Origin: Pelagibacteraceae bacterium AG-365-D07
GTDB lineage: Bacteria; Pseudomonadota; Alphaproteobacteria; Pelagibacterales; Pelagibacteraceae
Assembly (NCBI GenBank): GCA_003280005.1
Contig: QCGH01000006.1
Coordinates: 1,045-65,044, forward strand
Direction of reading: 5' to 3'
Length of the DNA stretch: 64,000 nucleotides
Position numbers and translations under genes: made by a program
Shown: piece after piece, positions 52,841 through 62,491 of the stretch
Numbering within the stretch: position 1 is the first letter of the stretch
Layout: each line of letters begins with the position of its first letter
Notes under the pieces: model-generated
The model's input: the letters and a program-made list of their open reading frames with translations, nothing else
Database searches by the model: none
What the model was told of the DNA's origin: nothing

Positions 52841-53844
52841 AAATAAAAGTTGGAATTAATGGAATGGGAAGAATTGGTAGAATGATTGTTCGTTCAATAG
52901 TAGAAAATAATTATTCTAATTTTGAAATAAAACATATAAATAATAGAACTAACTCAGAGACATGTTCAAGTCTTTTAAAGTATGATTCAATACATGGCAA
53001 ATTTAACGCAGAAGTTACATTCGATCAAAATAACCTCATACTTAATAAAAATAAAATTTCATTTAGTCAAGAGGAAGATATTAATAAAATCGATTGGAAA
53101 AAATTTGGTGTTGATTACGTTTTTGAATGCACTGGCAAATTTAACTCTAAAGATAAATTAATGCCTCATTTAAAAAATGGTGCAAAAAAGGTTATTGTAT
53201 CTGCTCCTTGTAAAAATGCTGATAAAACAATTGTATTTGGAGTTAATGAAAAAGATATAAAAGAAGAAGACAAAATAATCTCTGCAGCATCGTGCACAAC
53301 TAACTGTCTTGCTCCGGTTGCTTATGTTCTAAATGAAAATTTTGGAATTGATAAAGGTTTCATGACAACAATTCATGCATTTACAAGTGACCAAAGAATA
53401 TTGGATAATTCACATAAGGACCCAAGAAGAGCAAGATCGGCAAGTCAATCGATCGTACCAACTTCTACAGGAGCTTCAAAATCAATAGCTAAAATTATTC
53501 CCTCTCTTAAAGGTAAGCTGGAGGGTATTGCAATGAGAGTTCCAACTCCGAATGTGTCTTTAATTGAACTAGTTTTCTGCTCAAATAAAGAGGTAAGTAT
53601 TGAAACAATTAACTCGGCATTTAAAAAATTTATAAAGAGCCAAGATAAAAAAATAATCGAAATGACTAATGAAAAGCTTGTATCAATTGATTTTAATCAC
53701 AACTCTGCATCATCAATTATAGATACTTCACTTACAAACGTTGTTGGAAAGAATATGGGCAAAATTTCTGCTTGGTATGATAATGAGTGGGGATTTTCAA
53801 ACAGAATGTGTGATATAGCAGAATTTATTCATAAAAATTCTTAA
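52837..53844 (+). CDS. gap: glyceraldehyde-3-phosphate dehydrogenase type I
   Basis: [25 protein letters not shown]. Confidence 0.97.
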   Translation: MKIKVGINGMGRIGRMIVRSIVENNYSNFEIKHINNRTNSETCSSLLKYDSIHGKFNAEVTFDQNNLILNKNKISFSQEEDINKIDWKKFGVDYVFECTGKFNSKDKLMPHLKNGAKKVIVSAPCKNADKTIVFGVNEKDIKEEDKIISAASCTTNCLAPVAYVLNENFGIDKGFMTTIHAFTSDQRILDNSHKDPRRARSASQSIVPTSTGASKSIAKIIPSLKGKLEGIAMRVPTPNVSLIELVFCSNKEVSIETINSAFKKFIKSQDKKIIEMTNEKLVSIDFNHNSASSIIDTSLTNVVGKNMGKISAWYDNEWGFSNRMCDIAEFIHKNS

Positions 53845-55022
53845 TGAATTACATCAAAGATAAAAAAGACCTTAATGGTAAAATTGTTTTATTAAGACTT
53901 GACCTGAATGTGCCAATTAAGAATGGTAAAATAACTGATGAAACGAGAATAGATAAAATTTTACCAATTTTTAAATATTTGATTGAAAAAAATTCAAAAA
54001 TAATCGTAATTTCTCATATAGGTAGACCAAAAGGAGTTAGGAATGAGAAATTGTCTTTAGATCCAGTTTGTAAATGTCTGGAGACAAAACTACAAAAAAA
54101 AATAGAGCTTATTAAAGATAATATTTATAATTTAAATAAAAAAAACTTATCTAAAAAGTTTGTTAATCAAATAATATTTCTAGAGAATATAAGATTTTAT
54201 AAAGAGGAAGAAGATAATAATAATGAATTTTCAAAACAACTTGCTAGTCTTGGAGATTTATTTGTTAACGATGCATTCTCTTGCTCGCATAGAACGCATG
54301 CTTCGGTATGTCGGATTACAAAATTTTTACCTTCATATGCTGGTTTGCAATTTGAAACTGAGATAAATGCCTTAAAAAAAGTTACTACAGAAATTAAAAA
54401 GCCAATTACATGTATTGTTGGTGGATCAAAAATATCAACTAAAATTCCAGTAATTAAAAATTTAATTCCTAAGTTTGATAATATTATAGTTGTAGGAGGA
54501 ATGGCTAATAATATTCTTAAATTCAAAGGCCATCCAATTGGAAAATCACTTCAGGAAATAAATTGTGAGGCAATTATAAGTGATATATTTAAACTTGCTA
54601 AAAATCACTCGTGCTCTATCATTTTTCCACAGGATGTGGTTGTTGGAAAAACAATTGAAAGTAACGGTGAAATTAAAGAGCTTAATGAAGTGAATAATGA
54701 TGATTTAATCTTGGATATTGGTCCCAAAACAATTGAGAATATTTCTAAAATAATCGAAAAAAGTAAAACAATTTTATGGAATGGACCAGCGGGATATTTT
54801 GAAAATTTTCATTTTGCAAAAGGAAGTTTTGAAATAGGAAAAAAAATTGCTGAAAAAAACAAATTAAACAAAATTTTTTCAGTCGTTGGTGGCGGAGATA
54901 CAGTCGCTTTAATAAATAATATTGGTATTTTCGATTCTTTCAATTTTGTTTCAACTGCTGGTGGAGCATTTTTAGAATATCTTGAAGGTAAAAAATTGCC
55001 TGGTATAAAGGCTCTTAACTGA
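53844..55022 (+). CDS. pgk: phosphoglycerate kinase
   Basis: RLDLNVP, SHIGRP, LENIRF, WNGP, GGGDT. Confidence 0.97.
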   Translation: MNYIKDKKDLNGKIVLLRLDLNVPIKNGKITDETRIDKILPIFKYLIEKNSKIIVISHIGRPKGVRNEKLSLDPVCKCLETKLQKKIELIKDNIYNLNKKNLSKKFVNQIIFLENIRFYKEEEDNNNEFSKQLASLGDLFVNDAFSCSHRTHASVCRITKFLPSYAGLQFETEINALKKVTTEIKKPITCIVGGSKISTKIPVIKNLIPKFDNIIVVGGMANNILKFKGHPIGKSLQEINCEAIISDIFKLAKNHSCSIIFPQDVVVGKTIESNGEIKELNEVNNDDLILDIGPKTIENISKIIEKSKTILWNGPAGYFENFHFAKGSFEIGKKIAEKNKLNKIFSVVGGGDTVALINNIGIFDSFNFVSTAGGAFLEYLEGKKLPGIKALN

Positions 55023-56032
55023 TGTCTGAACTAAACAAAATTGTGCTTAAAATTTTATCAAGCGGAAAAGGTATTCTTGCTGCTGATGAAAGCACCGGTA
55101 CAATGACAAAGAGACTTGAGGCTGTAAAAGTAAAATCGAATGTGGAAAATAGACTTAATTTTAGAAATGCGCTTTTTACATCTGAAAGCATGAAAACATG
55201 CATAGGTGGAGTAATTTTGTATGACGAAACAATCAAACAATCCTCTGGTTCTAAAACTATTCCTGAATTAATTGCTGAGAGTGGCGCTATTTCAGGAATA
55301 AAAGTAGATACAGGAGCAAAGACTTTAGCTGGCTCGCCTAATGAGAAAATTACTGAAGGTCTTGACGGTTTAAGAGAAAGGTTAAAAGAATATTATAAAT
55401 TAGGAGCAAGGTTTACTAAATGGCGGGGTGTATATTCTATCTCAGATAAATATCCAAGTAAATTATCAATCCACTCAAATGGTCATGCTTTAGCAAGATA
55501 TGCTGCTTTGGTTCAGGAATCTGGTATGGTTCCAATTGTTGAACCCGAAGTTCTAATGGACGGCAATCATTCAGCTAAAATATGCTATGAAAAAACATCT
55601 GAGGTTTTAAAAAAATGTTTTGAAGAATTGATAATTAATAAAATTGACTTAACTGGGATAATATTAAAACCAAATATGATTTTAGATGGAACGAAAGCAA
55701 TAAAAAAAATTAATAGCGAACAAGTTGCAGAATTAACTTTAAAATGTCTTAAAGAGTCGGTTCCTCAAGAGGTGCCTGGAATTGCATTTCTCTCAGGTGG
55801 TCAAAGTGAAGTAGAGGCAACAGAAAATCTAAATTTGATAAATAAAGTTAATAACACAAAATTTATTATGACTTATTCATATGGAAGAGCTTTGCAACAA
55901 AGTGCCCTTAAACACTGGTCAAAAGACATAAAGGACATTTCTGGCACTCAAAAAGTTTTTAATCATCGTGCAAATTTATGTTCGCTTGCGGCTCGAGGGA
56001 GATGGTCTAAAGATCTTGAAATTCAAAGCTAA
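55022..56032 (+). CDS. class I fructose-bisphosphate aldolase
   Basis: GILAADES, FTKWR, PIVEPEV, LKPNM, FLSGGQS, YSYGRALQ. Confidence 0.96.
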   Translation: MSELNKIVLKILSSGKGILAADESTGTMTKRLEAVKVKSNVENRLNFRNALFTSESMKTCIGGVILYDETIKQSSGSKTIPELIAESGAISGIKVDTGAKTLAGSPNEKITEGLDGLRERLKEYYKLGARFTKWRGVYSISDKYPSKLSIHSNGHALARYAALVQESGMVPIVEPEVLMDGNHSAKICYEKTSEVLKKCFEELIINKIDLTGIILKPNMILDGTKAIKKINSEQVAELTLKCLKESVPQEVPGIAFLSGGQSEVEATENLNLINKVNNTKFIMTYSYGRALQQSALKHWSKDIKDISGTQKVFNHRANLCSLAARGRWSKDLEIQS

Positions 56033-56627
56033 ATTTATTTATTTAATATCTCCTAATAAAATTTATCAGAACTTTTATAGAGATTTGAGAAAAGTTTTAA
56101 ATTCAAACAAAGTCAAATATTTTCAATTAAGGTTAAAAAAAACATCTAAAACTAAAATCATCAATATTTCAAAAGAAATTATAAAAATATGCAAAACTTC
56201 GAATGTAAAATTTATTATTAATGACGATCCTTTAATTGCAAAAAAAGTTGGGGCAGACGGTTGTCACCTTGGCCAGAAAGATTTACATATTAAAAAGGCA
56301 AAAAAAATATTAAAAAATAAAATTATTGGAATTACTTGCAATAACTCAGTTAAAAAAGCTAAAGTGGCAATAAAAAATAATGCTGATTATATCGCTTTAG
56401 GAGCTTTTAATTCCAGTAGAACTAAAAATATAAAGTATAGAGCAACAATTAATGATTTAAAAAAATTCAGAAAGCTGACAAAAAAACCAATAATTGCAAT
56501 AGGTGGAATAAACGATAAAAATTATAAAAAACTTTTGTTGAATAAAGCTGACTTTTTAGCTATTTCAAGCTTCGTTTGGAGAAATAAAAACTTAAAACCA
56601 GAAAAAGCAATAAGACAATTAAAATGA
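56016..56627 (+). CDS. thiE: thiamine phosphate synthase
   Basis: QLRLK, IINDD, DGCHLGQKD, ADYIA, AIGGI. Start moved to the in-frame TTG at 56016. Confidence 0.88.
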   Translation: MKFKAKFIYLISPNKIYQNFYRDLRKVLNSNKVKYFQLRLKKTSKTKIINISKEIIKICKTSNVKFIINDDPLIAKKVGADGCHLGQKDLHIKKAKKILKNKIIGITCNNSVKKAKVAIKNNADYIALGAFNSSRTKNIKYRATINDLKKFRKLTKKPIIAIGGINDKNYKKLLLNKADFLAISSFVWRNKNLKPEKAIRQLK

Positions 56628-57184
56628 AGATATCGGGTAATGAAATTAAAAATGGAATGATCATTGAGCACAAAAATGATTTATGGGAGGTTTTAAAAAC
56701 TCAGCATGTTAAACCCGGCAAGGGCGGTGCTTTTAACCAAGTTGAGATGAAAAGTATTAATAAAGAAACAAAACTTAATGAAAGATTTAGATCTAGTGAC
56801 AGTATAGAAAGAGCAATTGTTGAAGAGATTGATTATAATTTTTTATATGAAGATAAAGGTGAGTTTTATTTTATAGATAACAAAACATTTGAACAAATAA
56901 GCTTAAAAAAAGAATTATTAGGAGAAAAACATAAATTTCTAAACGAAGGTTTACAGGTAACAATAGGAATGTATAATGAAATACCGATTAAGATAGAACT
57001 TCCAAATCAAATTGAATGTAAAATTAATACTACCGACGCAGCAATCAAAGGGCAAACGGTTTCGTCATCTTACAAACCTGCACTTTTGGAGAATGGAATT
57101 AATATTCTTGTTCCACCTTTTGTTGAGAGTGGAGATAATATTCTAGTAGATACTAGAACAATTGAATACATAAAAAAAGTTTAA
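56624..57184 (+). CDS. efp: elongation factor P
   Basis: HVKPGKGGAF loop, KPA.LENG...VPPF. Confidence 0.97.
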   Translation: MKISGNEIKNGMIIEHKNDLWEVLKTQHVKPGKGGAFNQVEMKSINKETKLNERFRSSDSIERAIVEEIDYNFLYEDKGEFYFIDNKTFEQISLKKELLGEKHKFLNEGLQVTIGMYNEIPIKIELPNQIECKINTTDAAIKGQTVSSSYKPALLENGINILVPPFVESGDNILVDTRTIEYIKKV

Positions 57185-57189
57185 AATTT

Positions 57190-57924
57190 ATGAAATCAAT
57201 TTCTCCAAATTTAAACATCATGATCAAGGCTTGTGAGAAGGCTGCTAAGGTATTGGTGCGTGATTTTGGTGAAATTGAAAATCTACAAGTTTCAAGAAAA
57301 GGACCAAGAGATTTTGTAACTAACGCAGATACGAAAGTGGAAAAAATTTTAATAAATGAATTATCAAAAAAAAAGTTTTCTATAATAAGCGAAGAATGTG
57401 GAACAAAAATAAAAGGGGACAAAAATAACTTTTGGATAATTGATCCAATAGATGGAACTACAAATTTTTTACATGGAATTCCTCATTTTTGTATATCTTT
57501 GGCCTATGTAAGCGGTGCAGAAATTATTTCTGGTGTAATATTTGACCCAATTAAAAATGAATTATTCTACGCTGAAAAAAATAATGGTGCTTTTTATAAC
57601 AATCAGAGAATAAGAGTATCAAAAAAGAAAAGTTTAGAGGAATGTTTGTTTGGTTCCAATTTAGAGGGTATTGAAAATACTGAGTTAAACACGAGAATTA
57701 GTGGAAGTGCGGCTTTGGATTTGGCTTATGTTGCCTCAGGAAGACTGGATGGCTTTTATCAAAAAAAACTTAATATTTGGGACATAGCAGCTGGCATTAT
57801 CTTAGTTAACGAGGCTGGAGGCATAATTGGCCCTATAGATACAAAACAAATTAAAAACCACAAAATAATTGCTTCCTCCGAAATTATATCTAAAGATTTA
57901 AGCCATTTACTTAAAAACTTTTAA
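57190..57924 (+). CDS. suhB: inositol monophosphatase family protein
   Basis: [36 protein letters not shown]. Confidence 0.93.
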   Translation: MKSISPNLNIMIKACEKAAKVLVRDFGEIENLQVSRKGPRDFVTNADTKVEKILINELSKKKFSIISEECGTKIKGDKNNFWIIDPIDGTTNFLHGIPHFCISLAYVSGAEIISGVIFDPIKNELFYAEKNNGAFYNNQRIRVSKKKSLEECLFGSNLEGIENTELNTRISGSAALDLAYVASGRLDGFYQKKLNIWDIAAGIILVNEAGGIIGPIDTKQIKNHKIIASSEIISKDLSHLLKNF

Positions 57925-57952
57925 TTGTTTTATAAAAAAGTTTTGCTATAAA
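57925..57952 (+). promoter_or_regulatory. putative sigma70 promoter of rpmE (probably leaderless)
   Basis: TTGTTT-N16 with TG-C-TATAAA extended -10, ending 6 nt before ATG 57959. Confidence 0.5.
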
Positions 57953-57958
57953 ACCGCT

Positions 57959-58183
57959 ATGAAAAAAAAAATTCATCCAGACTATCATAACATAAAGGTG
58001 CAGATGACAGATGGGTCTCAATTTGAAACGAAATCAACTTGGGGAAAAGAAAACGAAATATTGAAATTAGAAATCGACCCAAAATCTCATGCGGCTTGGA
58101 CTGGTGGGAAACAAAAAATTTTAGATAAAGGGCGTGTAAGTAAATTTAATAAAAAATTCCAAAATTTTAGAACATCGAAGTAG
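57959..58183 (+). CDS. rpmE: 50S ribosomal protein bL31 (Cys-free type)
   Basis: [34 protein letters not shown]. Confidence 0.96.
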   Translation: MKKKIHPDYHNIKVQMTDGSQFETKSTWGKENEILKLEIDPKSHAAWTGGKQKILDKGRVSKFNKKFQNFRTSK

Positions 58184-58186
58184 TTA

Positions 58187-58741
58187 ATGACAAACGGTCC
58201 ACTAATGCCAGTTGCTACAGCTATTTGGTTAATAGATAATACTTCTCTCACATTTAAACAGATTGCTGATTTTTGCAAAATGCATGAGGTTGAAATAAAT
58301 AGTATTGCAGATGGAGAAGTTGGAAAAGGGATTGTTGGATATAATCCAATTATATCAGGCCAACTGACTAAAGAAGAAATTGATTTGTCAAGCAAAGACT
58401 CGAGTAGACCTCTAAAAATTTCAGAAAATAAAATTGAAATAACCGCTGAAAATAAAAAAGATAAAAAATATGTACCTTTATCTAAACGTCAAGATAAGCC
58501 TGACTCGGCTCTTTGGTTAATTAAACATCACTCTAAATTGAAAGATTCACAAATTGCAAAACTAATTGGAATAACTAGTGCATCAGTTAAATCTATTAGA
58601 AATAAAAGTCATTGGAACTACAATAGTCTAAACCCAAAAGATCCCGTTGCCATGGGACTTTTTTCACAGAAAGACCTTTTGGATTCTTTAGAAAAGGCAG
58701 ATAGAAGAATTAAAAGGGAACAAAAATTAAAATCAAATTAA
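58187..58741 (+). CDS. DUF1013 family (TrcR-like) transcription regulator
   Basis: PLMPVATAIWLIDNTSLTFKQIADFC, KRQDKP, HWN...PKDPV. Confidence 0.88.
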   Translation: MTNGPLMPVATAIWLIDNTSLTFKQIADFCKMHEVEINSIADGEVGKGIVGYNPIISGQLTKEEIDLSSKDSSRPLKISENKIEITAENKKDKKYVPLSKRQDKPDSALWLIKHHSKLKDSQIAKLIGITSASVKSIRNKSHWNYNSLNPKDPVAMGLFSQKDLLDSLEKADRRIKREQKLKSN

Positions 58742-58761
58742 TCAAAGTAAACAAAAATAAA

Positions 58762-58807
58762 TAGACAAATTTAATATATAGTGATAGTTAAGCATTTTTT
58801 TGGAGGT
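58762..58807 (+). promoter_or_regulatory. putative promoter and Shine-Dalgarno of rpsU
   Basis: TAGACA-N17-TAGTTA with TG extension; GGAGGT at 58802-58807. Confidence 0.55.
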
Positions 58808-58811
58808 AGTT

Positions 58812-59006
58812 ATTAAAATAGAAGTCAAAGATAATAATGTTGAGCAAGCTTTAAGAATTTTGAAAAGAAAACTTCAAAAAGATGGATTTTATAAAATAAT
58901 AAAATTAAAAAATACTTATGAAAAACCCTCTGAAAAGAAAAAAAGAATTTTGCAAGAAAATATTAAAAGAGTAAAAAAACTTAATAAATTAAAAAATAGA
59001 ATTTAA
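58812..59006 (+). CDS. rpsU: 30S ribosomal protein bS21 (probable ATT start; the ORF track uses TTG 58800)
   Basis: VKDNNVEQALRILKRKLQKDG, YEKPSEKK. Gene identity is secure; the start codon is inferred. Confidence 0.93.
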   Translation: MKIEVKDNNVEQALRILKRKLQKDGFYKIIKLKNTYEKPSEKKKRILQENIKRVKKLNKLKNRI

Positions 59007-59010
59007 ATAC

Positions 59011-59087
59011 CGCGGGGTGGAGCAGCCTGGTAGCTCGCAAGGCTCATAACCTTGAGGTCGGCGGTTCAAATCCGTCCCCCGCAACCA
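59011..59087 (+). tRNA. initiator tRNA-fMet(CAT)
   Basis: CGCGGGGTGGAGCAGCCTGGTAGCTCG-CAAGG-CTCATAA-CCTTG...CCCCGCAACCA; C1:A72 mismatch. Confidence 0.96.
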
Positions 59088-59093
59088 ATTTGA

Positions 59094-60395
59094 ATGTTAA
59101 CTGATTTTAGCAAAACACTAAATATTAATTTAATTCAAAAAATATTATTATATTTATTCATAGCATTTCCGGTTTTTATATTATCAGGAAACTTATTAAT
59201 TAATGTTTTTGTATATTTAATATCTTTATTATTTATTTTTTTAATTCTTTTTAAAAAAGTTAATTTTAATTATAAAAATAAAATTTTTTATCTACAATGT
59301 TTCTTTTTCTTATCTTTAGTTATTAATCTTATTTTTTCAGATAATATTGGATTATCAACACCAAGAGTATTTAAATCTTTCTTTATTATTTTTTTCATAT
59401 TTGCGTTTAAATATATTTTTGATCAACTGCCTCAAGAAAAATTTAATCTAATATATAAAAGCTGGTCTCTTATATTTTTAATTATGTTGCTTGATTTGAT
59501 ATTAGAATTTTTTACTCAAAAAAATATATTTGGATTTCAATCAAGCATGCCTGGAAGATTAGTTAGTTTTGCAGGCAGTGAAAGTAATATTGGATATTTT
59601 TTTAGTGGTTTTTCATTAATTTTCTTAACTTATATATACAAGAAATATCCTGATAAGTTTTTTCTAAATTTTTTATTTGTAATTTTAGTAGTTATTTTAA
59701 GCTTCTTAATTGGAGAAAGATCAAATTTTTTTAAAACTCTTTTTATAGTAATTTTGTATTATTTCATAATTTATAAAAAAAATTTTAAGATTAAAATATT
59801 ACCTGTTATTTTGATAATTTCTATTTTTTCAATTTCAGCAAATGAAATAAAAGAAAATATAGTTAAATGGAAAGTAACTGAAGATAATTCTCAATACTAT
59901 GGATACAAGTCAAGATACTTTAATCAATTAAAAGAATTCTTTAACAAAGATGGTATTAAAAATTATCTAGAAAATACACAGTATGGCGCCCATTATGAAA
60001 TAGCAAAGCAAATTACTAAAAAAAATCCTTTTTTTGGCGTAGGTATAAAAAATTTTAGAGTTGAAAGCTTTAAAAGTGATTACGTGTTGGATGGAGATCA
60101 TAAATTAAAGTCTTGGGGTGGAAATACTCATCCTCATCAAATTCATTATGAATTTTTATCTGAAACTGGTTTATTTGGTTATAGTTCATTTATATTTTTT
60201 ATACTTTGTTCAATTTATCTATCGATTAAAAATTATTTAAAATATAAAAACCCATATCAACTATGTGGGATTTTGTTTGTCATCTCAACATTAATTCCAT
60301 TGTTGCCATCTGGAAGTTTTTTTTCAACTTACTCTTCTTCAATTTTTTGGATTAATTACTCAATAATGGTTGGTTATATTAAAATTAAAACTTAA
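59094..60395 (+). CDS. O-antigen ligase family (WaaL/Wzy_C) membrane protein
   Basis: Multi-TM; GERS, NPFFGVGIKNFR, THPHQIHYEFLSETG. Confidence 0.88.
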   Translation: MLTDFSKTLNINLIQKILLYLFIAFPVFILSGNLLINVFVYLISLLFIFLILFKKVNFNYKNKIFYLQCFFFLSLVINLIFSDNIGLSTPRVFKSFFIIFFIFAFKYIFDQLPQEKFNLIYKSWSLIFLIMLLDLILEFFTQKNIFGFQSSMPGRLVSFAGSESNIGYFFSGFSLIFLTYIYKKYPDKFFLNFLFVILVVILSFLIGERSNFFKTLFIVILYYFIIYKKNFKIKILPVILIISIFSISANEIKENIVKWKVTEDNSQYYGYKSRYFNQLKEFFNKDGIKNYLENTQYGAHYEIAKQITKKNPFFGVGIKNFRVESFKSDYVLDGDHKLKSWGGNTHPHQIHYEFLSETGLFGYSSFIFFILCSIYLSIKNYLKYKNPYQLCGILFVISTLIPLLPSGSFFSTYSSSIFWINYSIMVGYIKIKT

Positions 60396-60398
60396 TTT

Positions 60399-61091
60399 TT
60401 AGATTCGAAAATTGGATTTTTTACTGTCTACTAAAAAACCTTTAACAGTATCTACTGTTAGTTGATAAAAAGTTTTTCCAAATTTTTCAATTTTCTCTAT
60501 TATTTGTGGAGGTACAGTAATAATATTACACTGCAAATTTTTAGCTTGCAAAAAATTATAGGGCTCTCTGGTGCTTGCCCAAAGAATTTCAACGTTTTTG
60601 TATTTTTTTGAGAGATTTATGCTTTTTTTAATTTCCAAAATAGGATCTTTTCCTACGTCGGCCATTCTACCTGCAAAAATTGATATTATTACTCTAGTTT
60701 TTTTATTTATAATTTTTAGAATTTTTTTTGTCTGATTAGCACTATAAACTGCAGTTATATTTAATTTAATACCCTTGTTATTAAGATTTTGAATAACTTT
60801 TTTCATAAAGATACCTTTTGAATTAGTGATTGGTATTTTAACAAAAACATTTTTACCCCATGAATTTATAGCTATACCTTGATTATACATATTTTTTTCA
60901 TCATCAGCAAAAACTTCAAATGAAACTGGTTTTTTTGTAATTTTTAAAATATCTTTACAATATAACTTATAATTCTTGGCACCAGCTTTTCTCATCAAAC
61001 TAGGATTGGTAGTGAACCCTTTTACAATAGATTTTTTATTAAATTTCCTGATTTGATTTTTGTCAGCGATATCGCAAAATATTTTTGTCAT
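60399..61091 (-). CDS. tal: transaldolase (short type)
   Basis: CD.AD, TTNPSL, SFEV (Glu), FVKIP (Schiff-base Lys), SIFAGR (Phe, transaldolase rather than FSA), WASTRE. Confidence 0.92.
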   Translation of the reverse strand: MTKIFCDIADKNQIRKFNKKSIVKGFTTNPSLMRKAGAKNYKLYCKDILKITKKPVSFEVFADDEKNMYNQGIAINSWGKNVFVKIPITNSKGIFMKKVIQNLNNKGIKLNITAVYSANQTKKILKIINKKTRVIISIFAGRMADVGKDPILEIKKSINLSKKYKNVEILWASTREPYNFLQAKNLQCNIITVPPQIIEKIEKFGKTFYQLTVDTVKGFLVDSKKSNFRI

Positions 61092-61094
61092 CGT

Positions 61095-62489
61095 TTATAA
61101 GTTTTTAATTATGTCCTCTGTCATTTTTTTTGCATCCGCAAACAGCATTAATGTATTTTCTCTATAAAATAGATCATTATCTATTCCAGCATAACCCGGT
61201 GACAAACTTCTTTTAACAAAAAGAACTGACTTGCTTTTTTCTACATCTAATATTGGCATTCCATATATCGGACTTTGAGGGTCAGTTTTTGCCACTGGAT
61301 TTGTTACGTCATTTGCACCAATAACATAAGCTACATCACAATTAGCAAAATCATTATTAATTTCTTCTAATTCAAAAACTTCATCATAAGGAACATTTGC
61401 TTCTGCTAAAAGAACATTCATATGACCTGGCATTCTACCTGCAACTGGGTGTATTGCGTAAGTAACTTTCACACCATTTTTTTTTAAAGCATCAACCATT
61501 TCTCTTAAAGCATGTTGAGCCTGCGCTACTGCCATACCGTATCCTGGAACAATGATTACAGAAGAGGCATTTTTCATTAAAAAGGCTGCATCATCTGCGT
61601 TTCCACTTTTAACTGGTTTTTGTTCTTTATTTTGTGAGTTTGAAGTTTGATCTGTTGCTCCCCAACCTCCAAGAATTACATTAAAGAAGGATCTGTTCAT
61701 TCCCTTACACATTATGTATGAAAGAATAGCACCAGACGAACCAACTAAAGCTCCTGTAATTATTAATGCGGTATTTTCTAATGTAAAACCAATACCTGCA
61801 GCTGCCCAACCAGAATATGAGTTTAACATTGAAATAACTACTGGCATGTCGGCGCCACCAATTGGAATTATCAACAATACTCCCACTAGAAAAGATATAA
61901 GTACAATTGACCAAAAAATATTAGATGATTGAACTTTGCATAAATAATAAATTAAAAATAGAATTGTAATACCTAAAATAAGATTAATTAAATGTTGACC
62001 TTTAAATGTAATAGGTGCACCAGACATTATTCCCCTTAGTTTTAAAAAAGCTACTATAGAACCTGAGAATGTTATCGCTCCAATAGCTGCGCCAAGAGAC
62101 ATTTCTATTAAACTTGCTAATTTTATATTTCCTAAAAAGCCTAAATTAAATGCCTCAGGTTTTAAAAATGCAGATATGGCAACAAACACTGCTGCTAGAC
62201 CTACTAAACTATGAAAACCAGCAACTAGTTCTGGCATTGCTGTCATTGGTATTCTAAAAGCAATAAATGCACCTAAAGATCCTCCAATCAAAAGAAAAAT
62301 TAATACATATACAAATCCTGATCCAAAATTTCCTACTGATAGAAAAGTTACTATTATTGATATTGTCATTCCAGCGATCCCAAAGTAGTTTCCTTGTCTA
62401 GAGGTTTCTGGTGACGATAATCCTCTTAAAGCTAATATAAATAGAATTCCAGATATTAAATAAAATATTGCTGATAAGTTTGCTGACAT
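61095..62489 (-). CDS. pntB: NAD(P) transhydrogenase subunit beta
   Basis: MPELVAGFHSLVGL, IGGADMPVV, HPVAGRMPGHMNVLLAEA. Confidence 0.98.
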   Translation of the reverse strand: MSANLSAIFYLISGILFILALRGLSSPETSRQGNYFGIAGMTISIIVTFLSVGNFGSGFVYVLIFLLIGGSLGAFIAFRIPMTAMPELVAGFHSLVGLAAVFVAISAFLKPEAFNLGFLGNIKLASLIEMSLGAAIGAITFSGSIVAFLKLRGIMSGAPITFKGQHLINLILGITILFLIYYLCKVQSSNIFWSIVLISFLVGVLLIIPIGGADMPVVISMLNSYSGWAAAGIGFTLENTALIITGALVGSSGAILSYIMCKGMNRSFFNVILGGWGATDQTSNSQNKEQKPVKSGNADDAAFLMKNASSVIIVPGYGMAVAQAQHALREMVDALKKNGVKVTYAIHPVAGRMPGHMNVLLAEANVPYDEVFELEEINNDFANCDVAYVIGANDVTNPVAKTDPQSPIYGMPILDVEKSKSVLFVKRSLSPGYAGIDNDLFYRENTLMLFADAKKMTEDIIKNL

Positions 62490-62491
62490 AA

